Origin: Myxococcota bacterium
GTDB taxonomy: Bacteria > Myxococcota_A > UBA9042 > PHBI01 > JAWLBL01
Direction: 5' to 3'
NCBI GenBank assembly: GCA_041687695.1
Contig: JAWLBL010000020.1
Span: 32,001 to 96,000 of the forward strand
DNA length: 64,000 bases
The notes beneath the pieces are model-generated. The model saw only the letters and a program-made list of their open reading frames with translations. It made no database searches and was not told where the DNA came from. The position numbers and the translations under genes were made by a program. Position 1 is the stretch's first letter. Every line of letters starts with the position of its first letter. Below, piece by piece: positions 1 to 9,060 of the stretch.

Positions 1-203
1 AGGAGCGCACCACCGCTGGCCGAAACGGGCGAAGGCTTGGTATTTCGGGCACTTGGTTCGCGTCGCGAGGTGCGAAAAAACTTTCGCACCCGCCCCGGGC
101 GCCGACGGCCGAAGGATCGCGCGCGGCGGTGTGGACTCCTCCCCACGGAGCTACGCGGCCCGCCGCCGCTGCGTCTGTCCACTTCTGGCGCGCGGCGCGT
201 CCC

Positions 204-935
204 TCAGAGGAAGCGGCGGAGCGACTCGACCTCGGCCTCGCTGAGGAAGCGGTATTCACCGAGCGCGAGCCCCGCGGCGTCGACGGTGCCGAAGCTGACG
301 CGCCGGAGCCGGGTCACCGAGTGTCCGACCGCCTCGAGGATGCGGTGGACGTGGCGGTTTTTGCCCTCGAACAGCGTGACGCGAAGCCAGTCGTGCTTGG
401 ACGTGGTCGGGATGCGATCGACCGCGACCGGCCGGGTGGGGCGGTCGTCGAGCGGGATGCCGCGCTCGAGGCGGCGCTGCTCGTCGGGCGTCAGGCGGCC
501 GCGGATCTTGACCTCGTAGACGCGCGGGACCGCCGAGTCGGGGCGCATGAGCCCCTGGGCCAGGTCCCCGTCCGAGGTCATGACGAGCACGCCCTCGGTG
601 TTGATGTCGAGGCGGCCGACGTAGGCGAGGTGCGGCAGCTCGGCGGGGAGCAGGTCGTAGATGGTGCGGCGGCCCTCGGGATCCTTCTTGGTGCAGATGA
701 TTCCGGTGGGCTTGTTCAGCACGATGGCGATGGCCGACGAGGGGACGCTGACCTCGTGCCCGTCGACGCTGATGCGGTCCTTGGGGCCGACCGAGGTGCC
801 GACCTCGGTGACGACGCGGCCGTTCACCTTGACCCGCCCCTGGGCGATGAGGGCCTCGCTGGCGCGGCGTGAGGCGACGCCCAGCTGGGCCATGCGCTTG
901 TGGAGGCGGACGCGGTCGGTCGAAGAGGTCGTCAT
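204..935 (-). CDS. rluB: 23S rRNA pseudouridine synthase (RluB/RsuA family)
   Basis: S4 domain (RLHKRMAQLGVASRRASEALIAQGRVKVNG) and catalytic VGRLDINTEG; ATG at 935 overlaps the upstream TGA. Confidence 0.9.
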   Translation of the reverse strand: MTTSSTDRVRLHKRMAQLGVASRRASEALIAQGRVKVNGRVVTEVGTSVGPKDRISVDGHEVSVPSSAIAIVLNKPTGIICTKKDPEGRRTIYDLLPAELPHLAYVGRLDINTEGVLVMTSDGDLAQGLMRPDSAVPRVYEVKIRGRLTPDEQRRLERGIPLDDRPTRPVAVDRIPTTSKHDWLRVTLFEGKNRHVHRILEAVGHSVTRLRRVSFGTVDAAGLALGEYRFLSEAEVESLRRFL

Positions 936-1573
936 CAGTTGAACAGGCTCAGCAAGGAGTGCGAGATGGCCATCATCGGCGGCCCGAGGAGGCGCCCGCC
1001 ATACCAGAAGACCAGGATGAAGGCGACCGGAACCACCCAGGGGCGGCTTTCGAAGAAGCGCAGCATGGCGTTGGCGCGGTCCGGGAGCAGGCCGTAGGCG
1101 ACCTTGCTGCCGTCGAGCGGCGGGACGGGCAGCATGTTGAACAGGAACAGGGTCACGTTGAGGGTGACCATGATGACCAGCAGGTGCTGGGCGGCCTCGT
1201 TGCCGGACGCGAAGGCGAAGAGGACGGCGGCGATGAGCGCCAGGACGAGGTTCGACACCGGGCCGGCGATGGCCGTCAGCAGCACGCCGTGCTTCATGCG
1301 GATCTTGCGCGAGAAGTTCGTCGGGTTGAAGGGCACCGGCTTGGCCCAGCCGAAGAACAGGCCCGAGCCGCTGAGGACGAGCAGCCCCGGGATGAGCAGC
1401 GTCCCGATGGGGTCGATGTGGCTGATGGGGTTGAGCGTCAGGCGGCCCTGTCGCTGGGCCGTGTCGTCGCCGAGGGCGCGCGCGGTGGCGGCGTGCGCCC
1501 ACTCGTGGACGGCGAGGCTCAGGATGAGCGGGACCAGGACGAGGACCAGGTTTTGAAGCAGCTCAGGGGTCAT
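935..1573 (-). CDS. Site-2 protease family (peptidase M50) membrane protein
   Basis: HEWAH zinc motif, AGPVSN and NMLPVPPLDG motifs, hydrophobic helices. Confidence 0.93.
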   Translation of the reverse strand: MTPELLQNLVLVLVPLILSLAVHEWAHAATARALGDDTAQRQGRLTLNPISHIDPIGTLLIPGLLVLSGSGLFFGWAKPVPFNPTNFSRKIRMKHGVLLTAIAGPVSNLVLALIAAVLFAFASGNEAAQHLLVIMVTLNVTLFLFNMLPVPPLDGSKVAYGLLPDRANAMLRFFESRPWVVPVAFILVFWYGGRLLGPPMMAISHSLLSLFN

Positions 1574-1629
1574 GCCAGGCGCCTTGGGCGAGGAGTGGCC
1601 GGGAGCATAGGCACCGCATGGCCGCCGGT

Positions 1630-2559
1630 CTACTCGTCGTCGCGCGAGGCGGGGCGCGACAGCGGGTGGGCGCGGTCGTAGGCGTCGCGGATGGCCCGCT
1701 GGGAGACGTGGGTGTAGATCTGCGTGGTCGCGAGATCGGCGTGGCCGAGCATGGCCTGGACGCTGCGGAGGTCGGCGCCGCCGTCGAGCAGGTGCGTGGC
1801 GAAGCTGTGGCGCAGCTTGTGCGGGCTGATGCGGTCGCTCAGGCCCATCTCGTTCACATAGCGCTTGAGGTTCTTCCAGAAGCCCTGGCGCGTCAGGCCG
1901 GCGCCGCGCGCCGTGATGAACAGCGCGGTCGGCAGGCGGCGCAGGCCGCGGCGCGTGGCCCGGTCGAGCAGCTCGGGGCGCCCGCGCTCGAGCCAGGCGC
2001 GAACCCGGGCGATGGCGTGCTCGCCGACGGGCACGACGCGCGTCTTGTTGCCCTTGCCGGTGGCGCGCACCATGCCGCGGTCGAGGTCGAGGTCGCCCAG
2101 TCGCAGCCCCACCAGCTCGGAGACCCGCAGCCCGGTGCCGTACAGCAGCTCCAGCATCGCGGCGTCGCGCAGCGCGCGCGGGTCCTCGCCCTGTGGGGCG
2201 TCGACCAGGCGGACGGCCTCGGGCGGGCTGAGCACCACCGGCAGCGGGCGGCCGAGGCGCGGCGCCGGGACCAGGGCGGACGGGTCGTCCGGGCGCAGGC
2301 GCTCGCGCACCAGGAACTTGCAGAAGGTGCGGACGGCGCTGAGCGCGCGGGCGGTCGAGCGGGCGGACAGCCCCACCTCGTCGCGCAGCCAGGCGACGAA
2401 GCGCTCGAGCTCCGCGCGCCCGAGGGCCTCGGGCCCGGCGCCCTCGGGCACGAAGTCGAGGAGCCGACGCAGGTCGCGCGCGTAACCGTCGAGCGTGTGG
2501 GCGCTGAGGCCGCGCTCGAGCTGGAGGTGGACCAGGAAGGCGTCGACGGCGGACTGCAC
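1630..2559 (-). CDS. xerD: Site-specific tyrosine recombinase XerD
   Basis: ERGLSAHTLDGYARDL, LYGTGLRVSEL, HKLRHSFATHLLDGGADLRSVQAMLGHADLATTQIYTHV; GTG start chosen at 2559. Confidence 0.92.
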   Translation of the reverse strand: MQSAVDAFLVHLQLERGLSAHTLDGYARDLRRLLDFVPEGAGPEALGRAELERFVAWLRDEVGLSARSTARALSAVRTFCKFLVRERLRPDDPSALVPAPRLGRPLPVVLSPPEAVRLVDAPQGEDPRALRDAAMLELLYGTGLRVSELVGLRLGDLDLDRGMVRATGKGNKTRVVPVGEHAIARVRAWLERGRPELLDRATRRGLRRLPTALFITARGAGLTRQGFWKNLKRYVNEMGLSDRISPHKLRHSFATHLLDGGADLRSVQAMLGHADLATTQIYTHVSQRAIRDAYDRAHPLSRPASRDDE

Positions 2560-2612
2560 CGGGCGACTGTCGCCCGGCGGCCGGTCGCGCGCCAGTTTCG
2601 CAGCCGTCGCGC

Positions 2613-3593
2613 CTACCAGTCGCCGACGAAGTCGACCTCGAGGCCCAGGCCGCGCTCGCGGGCGGCGCGGTGGATGAGCCGGGCGAGGGCGAGGTCCTGG
2701 ATGGCCAGCCCCGTCGAGTCGAAGACGGTCACGTCGTCGTCGTGGACGCGCCCCGCCTTCAGCCCCGCGACGACCTGCCCCAGCGTGCCGGCCAGGGCCG
2801 CGACCTCGAGCTCGCCGTTGTGGAGCGGGACGTTGATCTCGCCGCTCTCGGTGGCCTGCTCGAAGTCGTCGATGAAGACGCGGGCGTCGGCCAGGATGCG
2901 GCCTTCGAGCTCTTGCTTGCCCGGGGCGTCGGCGCCCATGGCGTTGATGTGGCTGCCCGGGACGACCCACTCGCGCTGCACGATGGGCCGGCGCGAGGGC
3001 GTCGCCGTGCAGACGATGTCGCAGCTGGCCGCCTCCTGGACCGGGACGAGCTTGCCGCCGACCTTGCTGGCGAAGCCTCGGGCGGCCTCGGCGTCGACGT
3101 CGAACATCTTGGGCACGAGATCCGGGTAGACGACGCGGTGCGCCTCGAGCAGGTAGCGGGCCTGCACGCCGCAGCCGACGAAGCCGATGGTGCGGGCGTC
3201 GCGCCGCGCGAGGAAGCGCGAGGCGACCGCGGCGGCGGCGCCCGTGCGGGCCGCGGTCAGCAGGGTAGCGTCCATCACGGCGAGCGGCAGCGCCGTCTCG
3301 GGGTCGCTCAGGATGTACAGCCCCATCACCGTCGGCAGGCCGAACCGCTCGGGGTTGCGGGGGTGCGCGTTGACCCACTTGAGGCCGGCGCAGCCGTCCA
3401 CGGCCGAGGGCATGGCGCGGAAGTCGCCTTCGTAGGCCTCGAGAGGCAGGTAGACCTTGGGCGGCATCACGGCCTCGCCGCGTCCGTGGGCGGCGAAGGC
3501 GGCCTCTATGGCCGGGACGGCGGCGTCCATGGTCAGGACGGCCTTCACGTCCCGCCGGGTCAGGACCAGGGTCGCGGACGGGGGCTTCATCAT
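2613..3593 (-). CDS. Ornithine cyclodeaminase/mu-crystallin family protein, resembling archaeal-type alanine dehydrogenase
   Basis: MPPKVYL...GDFRAMP...GLKWVNAHP, RTGAAAAVA, GCGVQA, GADAPGKQE, FDSTGLAIQD. Confidence 0.88.
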   Translation of the reverse strand: MMKPPSATLVLTRRDVKAVLTMDAAVPAIEAAFAAHGRGEAVMPPKVYLPLEAYEGDFRAMPSAVDGCAGLKWVNAHPRNPERFGLPTVMGLYILSDPETALPLAVMDATLLTAARTGAAAAVASRFLARRDARTIGFVGCGVQARYLLEAHRVVYPDLVPKMFDVDAEAARGFASKVGGKLVPVQEAASCDIVCTATPSRRPIVQREWVVPGSHINAMGADAPGKQELEGRILADARVFIDDFEQATESGEINVPLHNGELEVAALAGTLGQVVAGLKAGRVHDDDVTVFDSTGLAIQDLALARLIHRAARERGLGLEVDFVGDW

Positions 3594-3658
3594 GGCGGCG
3601 GCCTCGGCGTCGGGGAGGGCTCTGGGTTACCGCATCCGGCGCGCGAGCGGAAGGGCCG

Positions 3659-6223
3659 TCACTGCTGGAGCAGGTCGGCGAGGTCGGCGGCGGTCCGTTC
3701 GGCGAGCGGGCCGTCGAGCTTGGCGCCCTCGCCGGTGACGACGTAGAAGCTGTCGCGGGCGATGCGGCCTTCGGTGGCGACGTAGGCCTGGTCGACGGAC
3801 AGGCCGCGATCGCGGAAGAAGGTGGCGATGCGGTGCAGCAGGCCCGTGCGATCGCCGGTCGCCACGTCGAAGACGGTGTGGTGGCTCGCGGCTTCGTTGG
3901 ACGCCGTGGCCGTCGTCTCGACGGGCGGCAGGCCGCCCACGTCGCGGTGGGCGTCGCGGCGTTCGGCCAGGCGCTGGCTGACGGCCTGCGGGTCGAGCAT
4001 GGCGGTGCGGAGGCGCTCGGCGAGGCGGCGCGCCTGGTCGGGGTCGGACAGGCGGCGGTGCGGATCGGCCAGCCGGAAGACGTCCAGGACCTTGGCGCCG
4101 ACCAGCGAGTAGATGTCGGCCGACAACACGTCGACGCCGATGCTGGCGAGGCCCCCGGTGAGGTCGGCGAGCAGGCCGGGGCGGTCGTCGCCGACCACGA
4201 GCAGCTCGGCGTCGTCGCGGCCCGGCTCGGGGCGTAGCTCGACCACCGGCTGGCCGGAGGCGAGGGCGCGGCGCCACAGGCGGTAGTGGCGCTCGGTCTG
4301 GTCGGCGGTGGTCGCGTGGAAGTAGCGCGTGGGCAGCGCGGCGCAGAAGTCGTCGATGGGGTCGCTGGTCGCGTCGGGGGCCTGCGGGACCGAGCCGAGC
4401 TCGGCCGAGGCGAGGTGCTGGCGGCGCTCGCGGACGATGCCCTTGGGGTCGGCGAACAGGCCCGGCTCCTCGAGGAAGGCGCGGGTGCGCTGGTAGAGGG
4501 TGTCGAGCAGATCGCGGTGCCAGGCCGTGAAGGTGGCCGGGCCGACGCTGGACCAGTCGGCGACCGTCAGGAGGTAGAGGCGGTCGAGGGTGGCGAGGTC
4601 GCCGACGACGCGCGCGACGTAGGTGATGGGGCGCGGGTCGCTGAGATCGCGCCGCATGCAGATGAGGGCGAGGTCGGCCTGGTGCTCGATGAGCGAGGCG
4701 ACCAGGCCACGCTCGGCGTCGTCGAGGCCGAGGCGGGCGCTGATGGGGCCGGAAAGGGCCGCGCCGCGGTAGTGGTGCTGGGGGCCGTAGCCCTTGCCGA
4801 TGTCGTGCAGGAGCGTCGCGAGCACCAGGGCGCGCCGTTCCTCGAGCGGCGGCATGACGGCGGTGGCCAGGGGGAGGTCCTCGGCGTGCTCGCCGCGGGC
4901 GATGGCCTTGAGGCGGTCGACCGCGCGCAGGCTGTGCTCGTCGACCGTGTAGACGTGGTAGAGGTCGCGCTGGATGCGGCCCATGATGGCGTGCAGCTCG
5001 GGCAGGACCATCGCCAAGAGGCCCGTGCGGTGCATCAGGTGCAGCGCGCGGCTGGCGCCCTGGGACGCGTCGAGCAGCAGGTCGAGCAGCAGGCCTTGCA
5101 TCGCGGAGTCGTTGGCGAGGGCGTCGCCCAGCTGGCGGCCCACCGCCTCGAGGCCGTCCTCGAGCAGCGGCTCGACGCGCAGGTCGGTCGCCATCACCGT
5201 GTGGAGCGTCTCGACCACGTCCTCGACCGTGTGTGGGGCGGCGCCGTCGGCGCGGGCGAGGCGGCGCCCGCCGACGGTCACGAACCCGGGGCGGCCGGGC
5301 AGGGCGGCGCGGGTCGGCTCCTCGGTGCGGTCGCGGGCGATGGTCAGGCGGCGCACGGCCTGGCGGTCGAGCACGCGGCTGGACAGGTGGACCTCGCGCA
5401 TCAGGGGGATGGCCGGATCCTCGTCGGGGCCGCCCGTGAGGCCCAGCCGGCGCGCGACCTCGTCCTGGTACTCGAAGGTCAGGCGGTCGCTCTTGAAGGC
5501 GGCGACGCCGTGCAGGGCCATGCGCACCTTGAGGAGCGTGTCCTCGGCCTGCAGCACGCGCAGATCCACCGGCTCGCCGGTCAGGCGCGCGATCCAGCCG
5601 GCGATCTGGGCGTCGCGCAGGCCGCCGACGCCGTTCTTGAGGTCCGGCTCGAGCACGTAGACCGTGTCGCCGTGGCGGCGGGCGCGCTGCTCGCGGTCGG
5701 CGGCGATCCAGTCGACCAGCTGGTGGAAGCCCTCGCGCGCGTAGTGCTGATAGACCGGCTGCCGGACCGCCTCGGTGATGGCGGGATCGCCCGCGAGGTG
5801 GCGCGAGGTCAGGGCCGCGGTGCCGAAGCTGAGGTCGCCGAGGGCGAGGTCGAGGGCCTCGTCGACCGTGCGGACGCCGTGGCCGAGCTTGAGGCGCTCG
5901 GTCATCAGCGGCGACAGCAGGGCCCGCATCAGCTCGGTGGGGTCGTCGCCTCCGGGGGGCACGATCAGCTGTAGATCCACGTCCGAGCGCAGGCACATCT
6001 GGCGCCGGCCGTAGCCGCCGAGCGCCATCAGGGCCCACCCGTGGGGCAGGCCGTGGGTGCCCGGGTCCTCGAGGCCGGTCTGCTCGAGGGCGGCCTTGAG
6101 CGCGCCGAGGACCAGGGTGTCCACCGCGTGGGTGAAGCTCTCGCACAGGGCGTGGCCGCTGAGCTGCGGCTCGGTCGCGAGCGAGCCCATCACGCGATCG
6201 CGGTGCTGGGAGAAGAAGCTCAC
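3659..6223 (-). CDS. glnD: [Protein-PII] uridylyltransferase/uridylyl-removing enzyme
   Basis: NTase ALGGYGR..SDVDL, EPDLKNGVGGLRD, HD domain YHVYTVDEH...LLHDIGKG, two C-terminal ACT-like DRPGLL/DRTGLL motifs; GTG overlaps the mutS stop. Confidence 0.92.
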   Translation of the reverse strand: MSFFSQHRDRVMGSLATEPQLSGHALCESFTHAVDTLVLGALKAALEQTGLEDPGTHGLPHGWALMALGGYGRRQMCLRSDVDLQLIVPPGGDDPTELMRALLSPLMTERLKLGHGVRTVDEALDLALGDLSFGTAALTSRHLAGDPAITEAVRQPVYQHYAREGFHQLVDWIAADREQRARRHGDTVYVLEPDLKNGVGGLRDAQIAGWIARLTGEPVDLRVLQAEDTLLKVRMALHGVAAFKSDRLTFEYQDEVARRLGLTGGPDEDPAIPLMREVHLSSRVLDRQAVRRLTIARDRTEEPTRAALPGRPGFVTVGGRRLARADGAAPHTVEDVVETLHTVMATDLRVEPLLEDGLEAVGRQLGDALANDSAMQGLLLDLLLDASQGASRALHLMHRTGLLAMVLPELHAIMGRIQRDLYHVYTVDEHSLRAVDRLKAIARGEHAEDLPLATAVMPPLEERRALVLATLLHDIGKGYGPQHHYRGAALSGPISARLGLDDAERGLVASLIEHQADLALICMRRDLSDPRPITYVARVVGDLATLDRLYLLTVADWSSVGPATFTAWHRDLLDTLYQRTRAFLEEPGLFADPKGIVRERRQHLASAELGSVPQAPDATSDPIDDFCAALPTRYFHATTADQTERHYRLWRRALASGQPVVELRPEPGRDDAELLVVGDDRPGLLADLTGGLASIGVDVLSADIYSLVGAKVLDVFRLADPHRRLSDPDQARRLAERLRTAMLDPQAVSQRLAERRDAHRDVGGLPPVETTATASNEAASHHTVFDVATGDRTGLLHRIATFFRDRGLSVDQAYVATEGRIARDSFYVVTGEGAKLDGPLAERTAADLADLLQQ

Positions 6224-8934
6224 GAGGCCTCCTGCCGGGCGAGCAGGGCGCGCAGCTCGTAGACGAGGTCGAGGGCGGCGCGCGGCGTGAGCCGGTCGGG
6301 GTCGACGGCCCTGAGGCGCTCGGTCAGGGCGTCGGGCGGTCCGGCCGGCGGGGCCTCGGCGGGCGCGGGCGAGTTGGCGAACAGGTTGAGCTGCCAGATG
6401 GACGAGGCGGTCCGGCGCTGGCCGCGGGCGAGGCGGGGGCGGCTGTCGCGGTCGAGGGTGACGGCCTCGAGGTTCGCGAGGATCTCGGTCGCGCGCGCGA
6501 CGACCGGGGTCGGCAGGCCGGCGAGTCGCGCGACCTGGATGCCGTAGCTGCGGTTGGCGCCACCGGCGACCAGGCGGCGCAGGAAGATGATGTCTTCCTT
6601 CCACTCCTTGACGGCGATGGTCATGTTGGCGACGCGCGGGCGGGTCGCGGCGAGCTCGGTCAGCTCGTGGTAGTGGGTCGCGAACAGGGTGCGGGCGCCG
6701 GTGACGTCGTGCAGGTGCTCGGCGACCGCCCAGGCGATGGAGACGCCGTCGTAGGTCGAGGTGCCGCGCCCGATCTCGTCGACGACGACCAGGCTGCGCG
6801 AGGTGGCCTCGGTCAGGATGGAGGCGGTCTCGGTCATCTCGACCATGAAGGTCGAGCGGCCTCGGGCCAGGTCGTCGGAGGCGCCCACGCGGGTGAAGAC
6901 CTGGTCGACCAGGCCCACGACGGCGTGGTCGGCGGGGACGAAGCTGCCCATCTGCGCCATCACGACGATGAGCGCGACCTGGCGCATCACCGTGGATTTG
7001 CCGGCCATGTTGGGGCCCGTGATGACGACCAGCCGCGGGCCCTCGGCGCCGGCCTCGCTGGCGTCGAACGAGACGTCGTTGGGGACGAACTCGCCGGCGG
7101 GCAGCAGCGACTCGATGACCGGGTGGCGGCCGCCCTCGACGCGCAGGGCGAGCGAGTCCTCGATCTGCGGGCGGACGTAGCCGCGGCGGTGGGCCAGCTC
7201 GGCGAGGCCGGCCAGCGCGTCCAGGCGCGCGATGGCCCCGGCGGCGGCCTGGATGCGCGCCCCGTGGGCGGCGACCTCGGCGCGGACGGCCTCGAACAGC
7301 TCCTGCTCGAGGGCGACCCGGCGCTCGTCGGCGCCAAGCACCTTGTCCTCGCGCTCCTTCAGCTCGGGCGTGTAGTAGCGCTCCGCGTTGGCCAGGGTCT
7401 GCTTGCGCAGCCACGTCGGCGGGACGTGGTGCAGGTTGGCCTTGGTGACCTCGATGAAGTAGCCGAAGACGTTGTTGTAGCGGATCTTCAGGCTGGCGAT
7501 GCCGCTGTCTTCGCGCAGCCGCGCGGCGTAGTCGTTGAACCAGCTCTTGCCGTCACGGGCGATGCTCAGCAGCTCGTCGAGCTCGGGGTGGCAGCCCTCG
7601 CGGATGACGCCGCCCTCCTTCAAGGTGGCGGGCGGGTCGTCGACCAGGGCGCGGCGGACGGCGGCCGAGGCCTCTGGCACGGGGTCGAGGGCGGCGGCGA
7701 GGGCGGTCAGGGCCGGGGCGCCGGTCGCCGCGAGGGTGGCGGCGAGATCGGGGATGCGCTCGAGGGAGCCAGCGAGGGCCATGAGATCCCGCGGCCCGGC
7801 CGTGCCCGCGACGGCGCGGGTGACCAGGCGCTCGAGGTCGTACACGCCCGCCAGGGCCTCGCGGACCAGCGCGCGGGCGCGCGGGTCGTCGACCAGGGCG
7901 GCGACCGCGTCGTGACGGGCGCGGATGGCCTCGACGTCCAGCAGCGGGAACAGCAGCCACTGCTTGAGCAGTCGCCCGCCCATCGCCGTCCGCGTCTGGT
8001 CGAGCAGGGCCAGCAAGGAGCCCTGGCGGCGGCCGTCGGCCAGGCTGCGGACCAGCTCGAGGTTGCGCACGGTCGCGGGCCCGAGCCGCATGACGCCGTC
8101 GAGGGGCTGTCGCTCGAGCGGCCGCAGGGGCAGGGCGCCGCCCTTCTGCATCTCGGCCACGTACTCGGTGACCATGGCCGCCGCGCTCGACACGGCGTCG
8201 TCCTCGCCGGTGGGGGCGGCGGTGGCGCTGAGGACCGCGCGCTCGAGCGCCGCGCGGACGGCCTGGACCGCCGCGGCGTCGCCTCGGTCGACGAGCACCT
8301 CGGCCGGGTCGATGCGGGTCAGCTCGTCCAGCGCGCGCGCGAGATCGGGCGCCTGGGTGCCGCGCACCTCGCCCGTCGAGGCGTCGACCCAGGCCAGGCC
8401 GACGCCCGCCTCGGGGTGGGCGGCGTCGCGCCACAAGGCGGCCAGGTAGTTGTTGCTGCGGCTCTCGAGGACGTCGTCGTCGAGCACGAGGCCCGGCGTG
8501 ACCACGCGGACGACCTCTCGGCGGACCAGGCCCTTGGCCTCGCGCGGGTCCTCGACCTGCTCGCACACGGCGACCTTGCGGCCGGCCTCGAGCAGGCGCC
8601 GGATGTAGGCCGCCGCGGCGTGGTGCGGGACGCCGGCCATCGGGATGGGAGCGTCGTCGGCCTTGTTGCGGCTGGTCAGCGTCAGCTCGAGCAGGTGGGC
8701 GGCGTCGATGGCGTCCTGGAAGAACGTCTCGTAGAAGTCGCCCATGCGAAACAGGACGATGGCCTCGGGGTGCTGCAGCTTCGCGTCCAGGTACTGACGC
8801 ATCATCGGCGTCTGGGCGGCGGGGTGCGGCGAGGCAGGGTCGGTCACCCAGCGAGGCCCGCCGCCGGCGTCCTCCGGGGCGTCGTCCGGCGCCGCAGCCG
8901 GCGCGGAGGGAGGGTGCGGGCTCCTGACGGTCAT
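6220..8934 (-). CDS. mutS: DNA mismatch repair protein MutS
   Basis: TPMMRQYL, FRMGDFYETF, GPNMAGKST, STFMVEM, DEIGRGTST, FATHYHEL, SYGIQVARLAG. Confidence 0.97.
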   Translation of the reverse strand: MTVRSPHPPSAPAAAPDDAPEDAGGGPRWVTDPASPHPAAQTPMMRQYLDAKLQHPEAIVLFRMGDFYETFFQDAIDAAHLLELTLTSRNKADDAPIPMAGVPHHAAAAYIRRLLEAGRKVAVCEQVEDPREAKGLVRREVVRVVTPGLVLDDDVLESRSNNYLAALWRDAAHPEAGVGLAWVDASTGEVRGTQAPDLARALDELTRIDPAEVLVDRGDAAAVQAVRAALERAVLSATAAPTGEDDAVSSAAAMVTEYVAEMQKGGALPLRPLERQPLDGVMRLGPATVRNLELVRSLADGRRQGSLLALLDQTRTAMGGRLLKQWLLFPLLDVEAIRARHDAVAALVDDPRARALVREALAGVYDLERLVTRAVAGTAGPRDLMALAGSLERIPDLAATLAATGAPALTALAAALDPVPEASAAVRRALVDDPPATLKEGGVIREGCHPELDELLSIARDGKSWFNDYAARLREDSGIASLKIRYNNVFGYFIEVTKANLHHVPPTWLRKQTLANAERYYTPELKEREDKVLGADERRVALEQELFEAVRAEVAAHGARIQAAAGAIARLDALAGLAELAHRRGYVRPQIEDSLALRVEGGRHPVIESLLPAGEFVPNDVSFDASEAGAEGPRLVVITGPNMAGKSTVMRQVALIVVMAQMGSFVPADHAVVGLVDQVFTRVGASDDLARGRSTFMVEMTETASILTEATSRSLVVVDEIGRGTSTYDGVSIAWAVAEHLHDVTGARTLFATHYHELTELAATRPRVANMTIAVKEWKEDIIFLRRLVAGGANRSYGIQVARLAGLPTPVVARATEILANLEAVTLDRDSRPRLARGQRRTASSIWQLNLFANSPAPAEAPPAGPPDALTERLRAVDPDRLTPRAALDLVYELRALLARQEAS

Positions 8935-9060
8935 GGCCGCACCTTCTAACAGCGCCGGGGACCGCCGGCAACCGCGGCGCCGTGTGCCGGCCGTGGGCCA
9001 TTCGCAGGCGACGGGCGCACTTGACCGCCGTCCGCGGGCCCGGCACGATGCGCGGCCAGC

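Noticed and set aside
1630..2559. Prophage or island integrase
   Set aside because: Motifs and context (site-2 protease, rluB) match chromosomal XerD; no phage genes or att repeats seen
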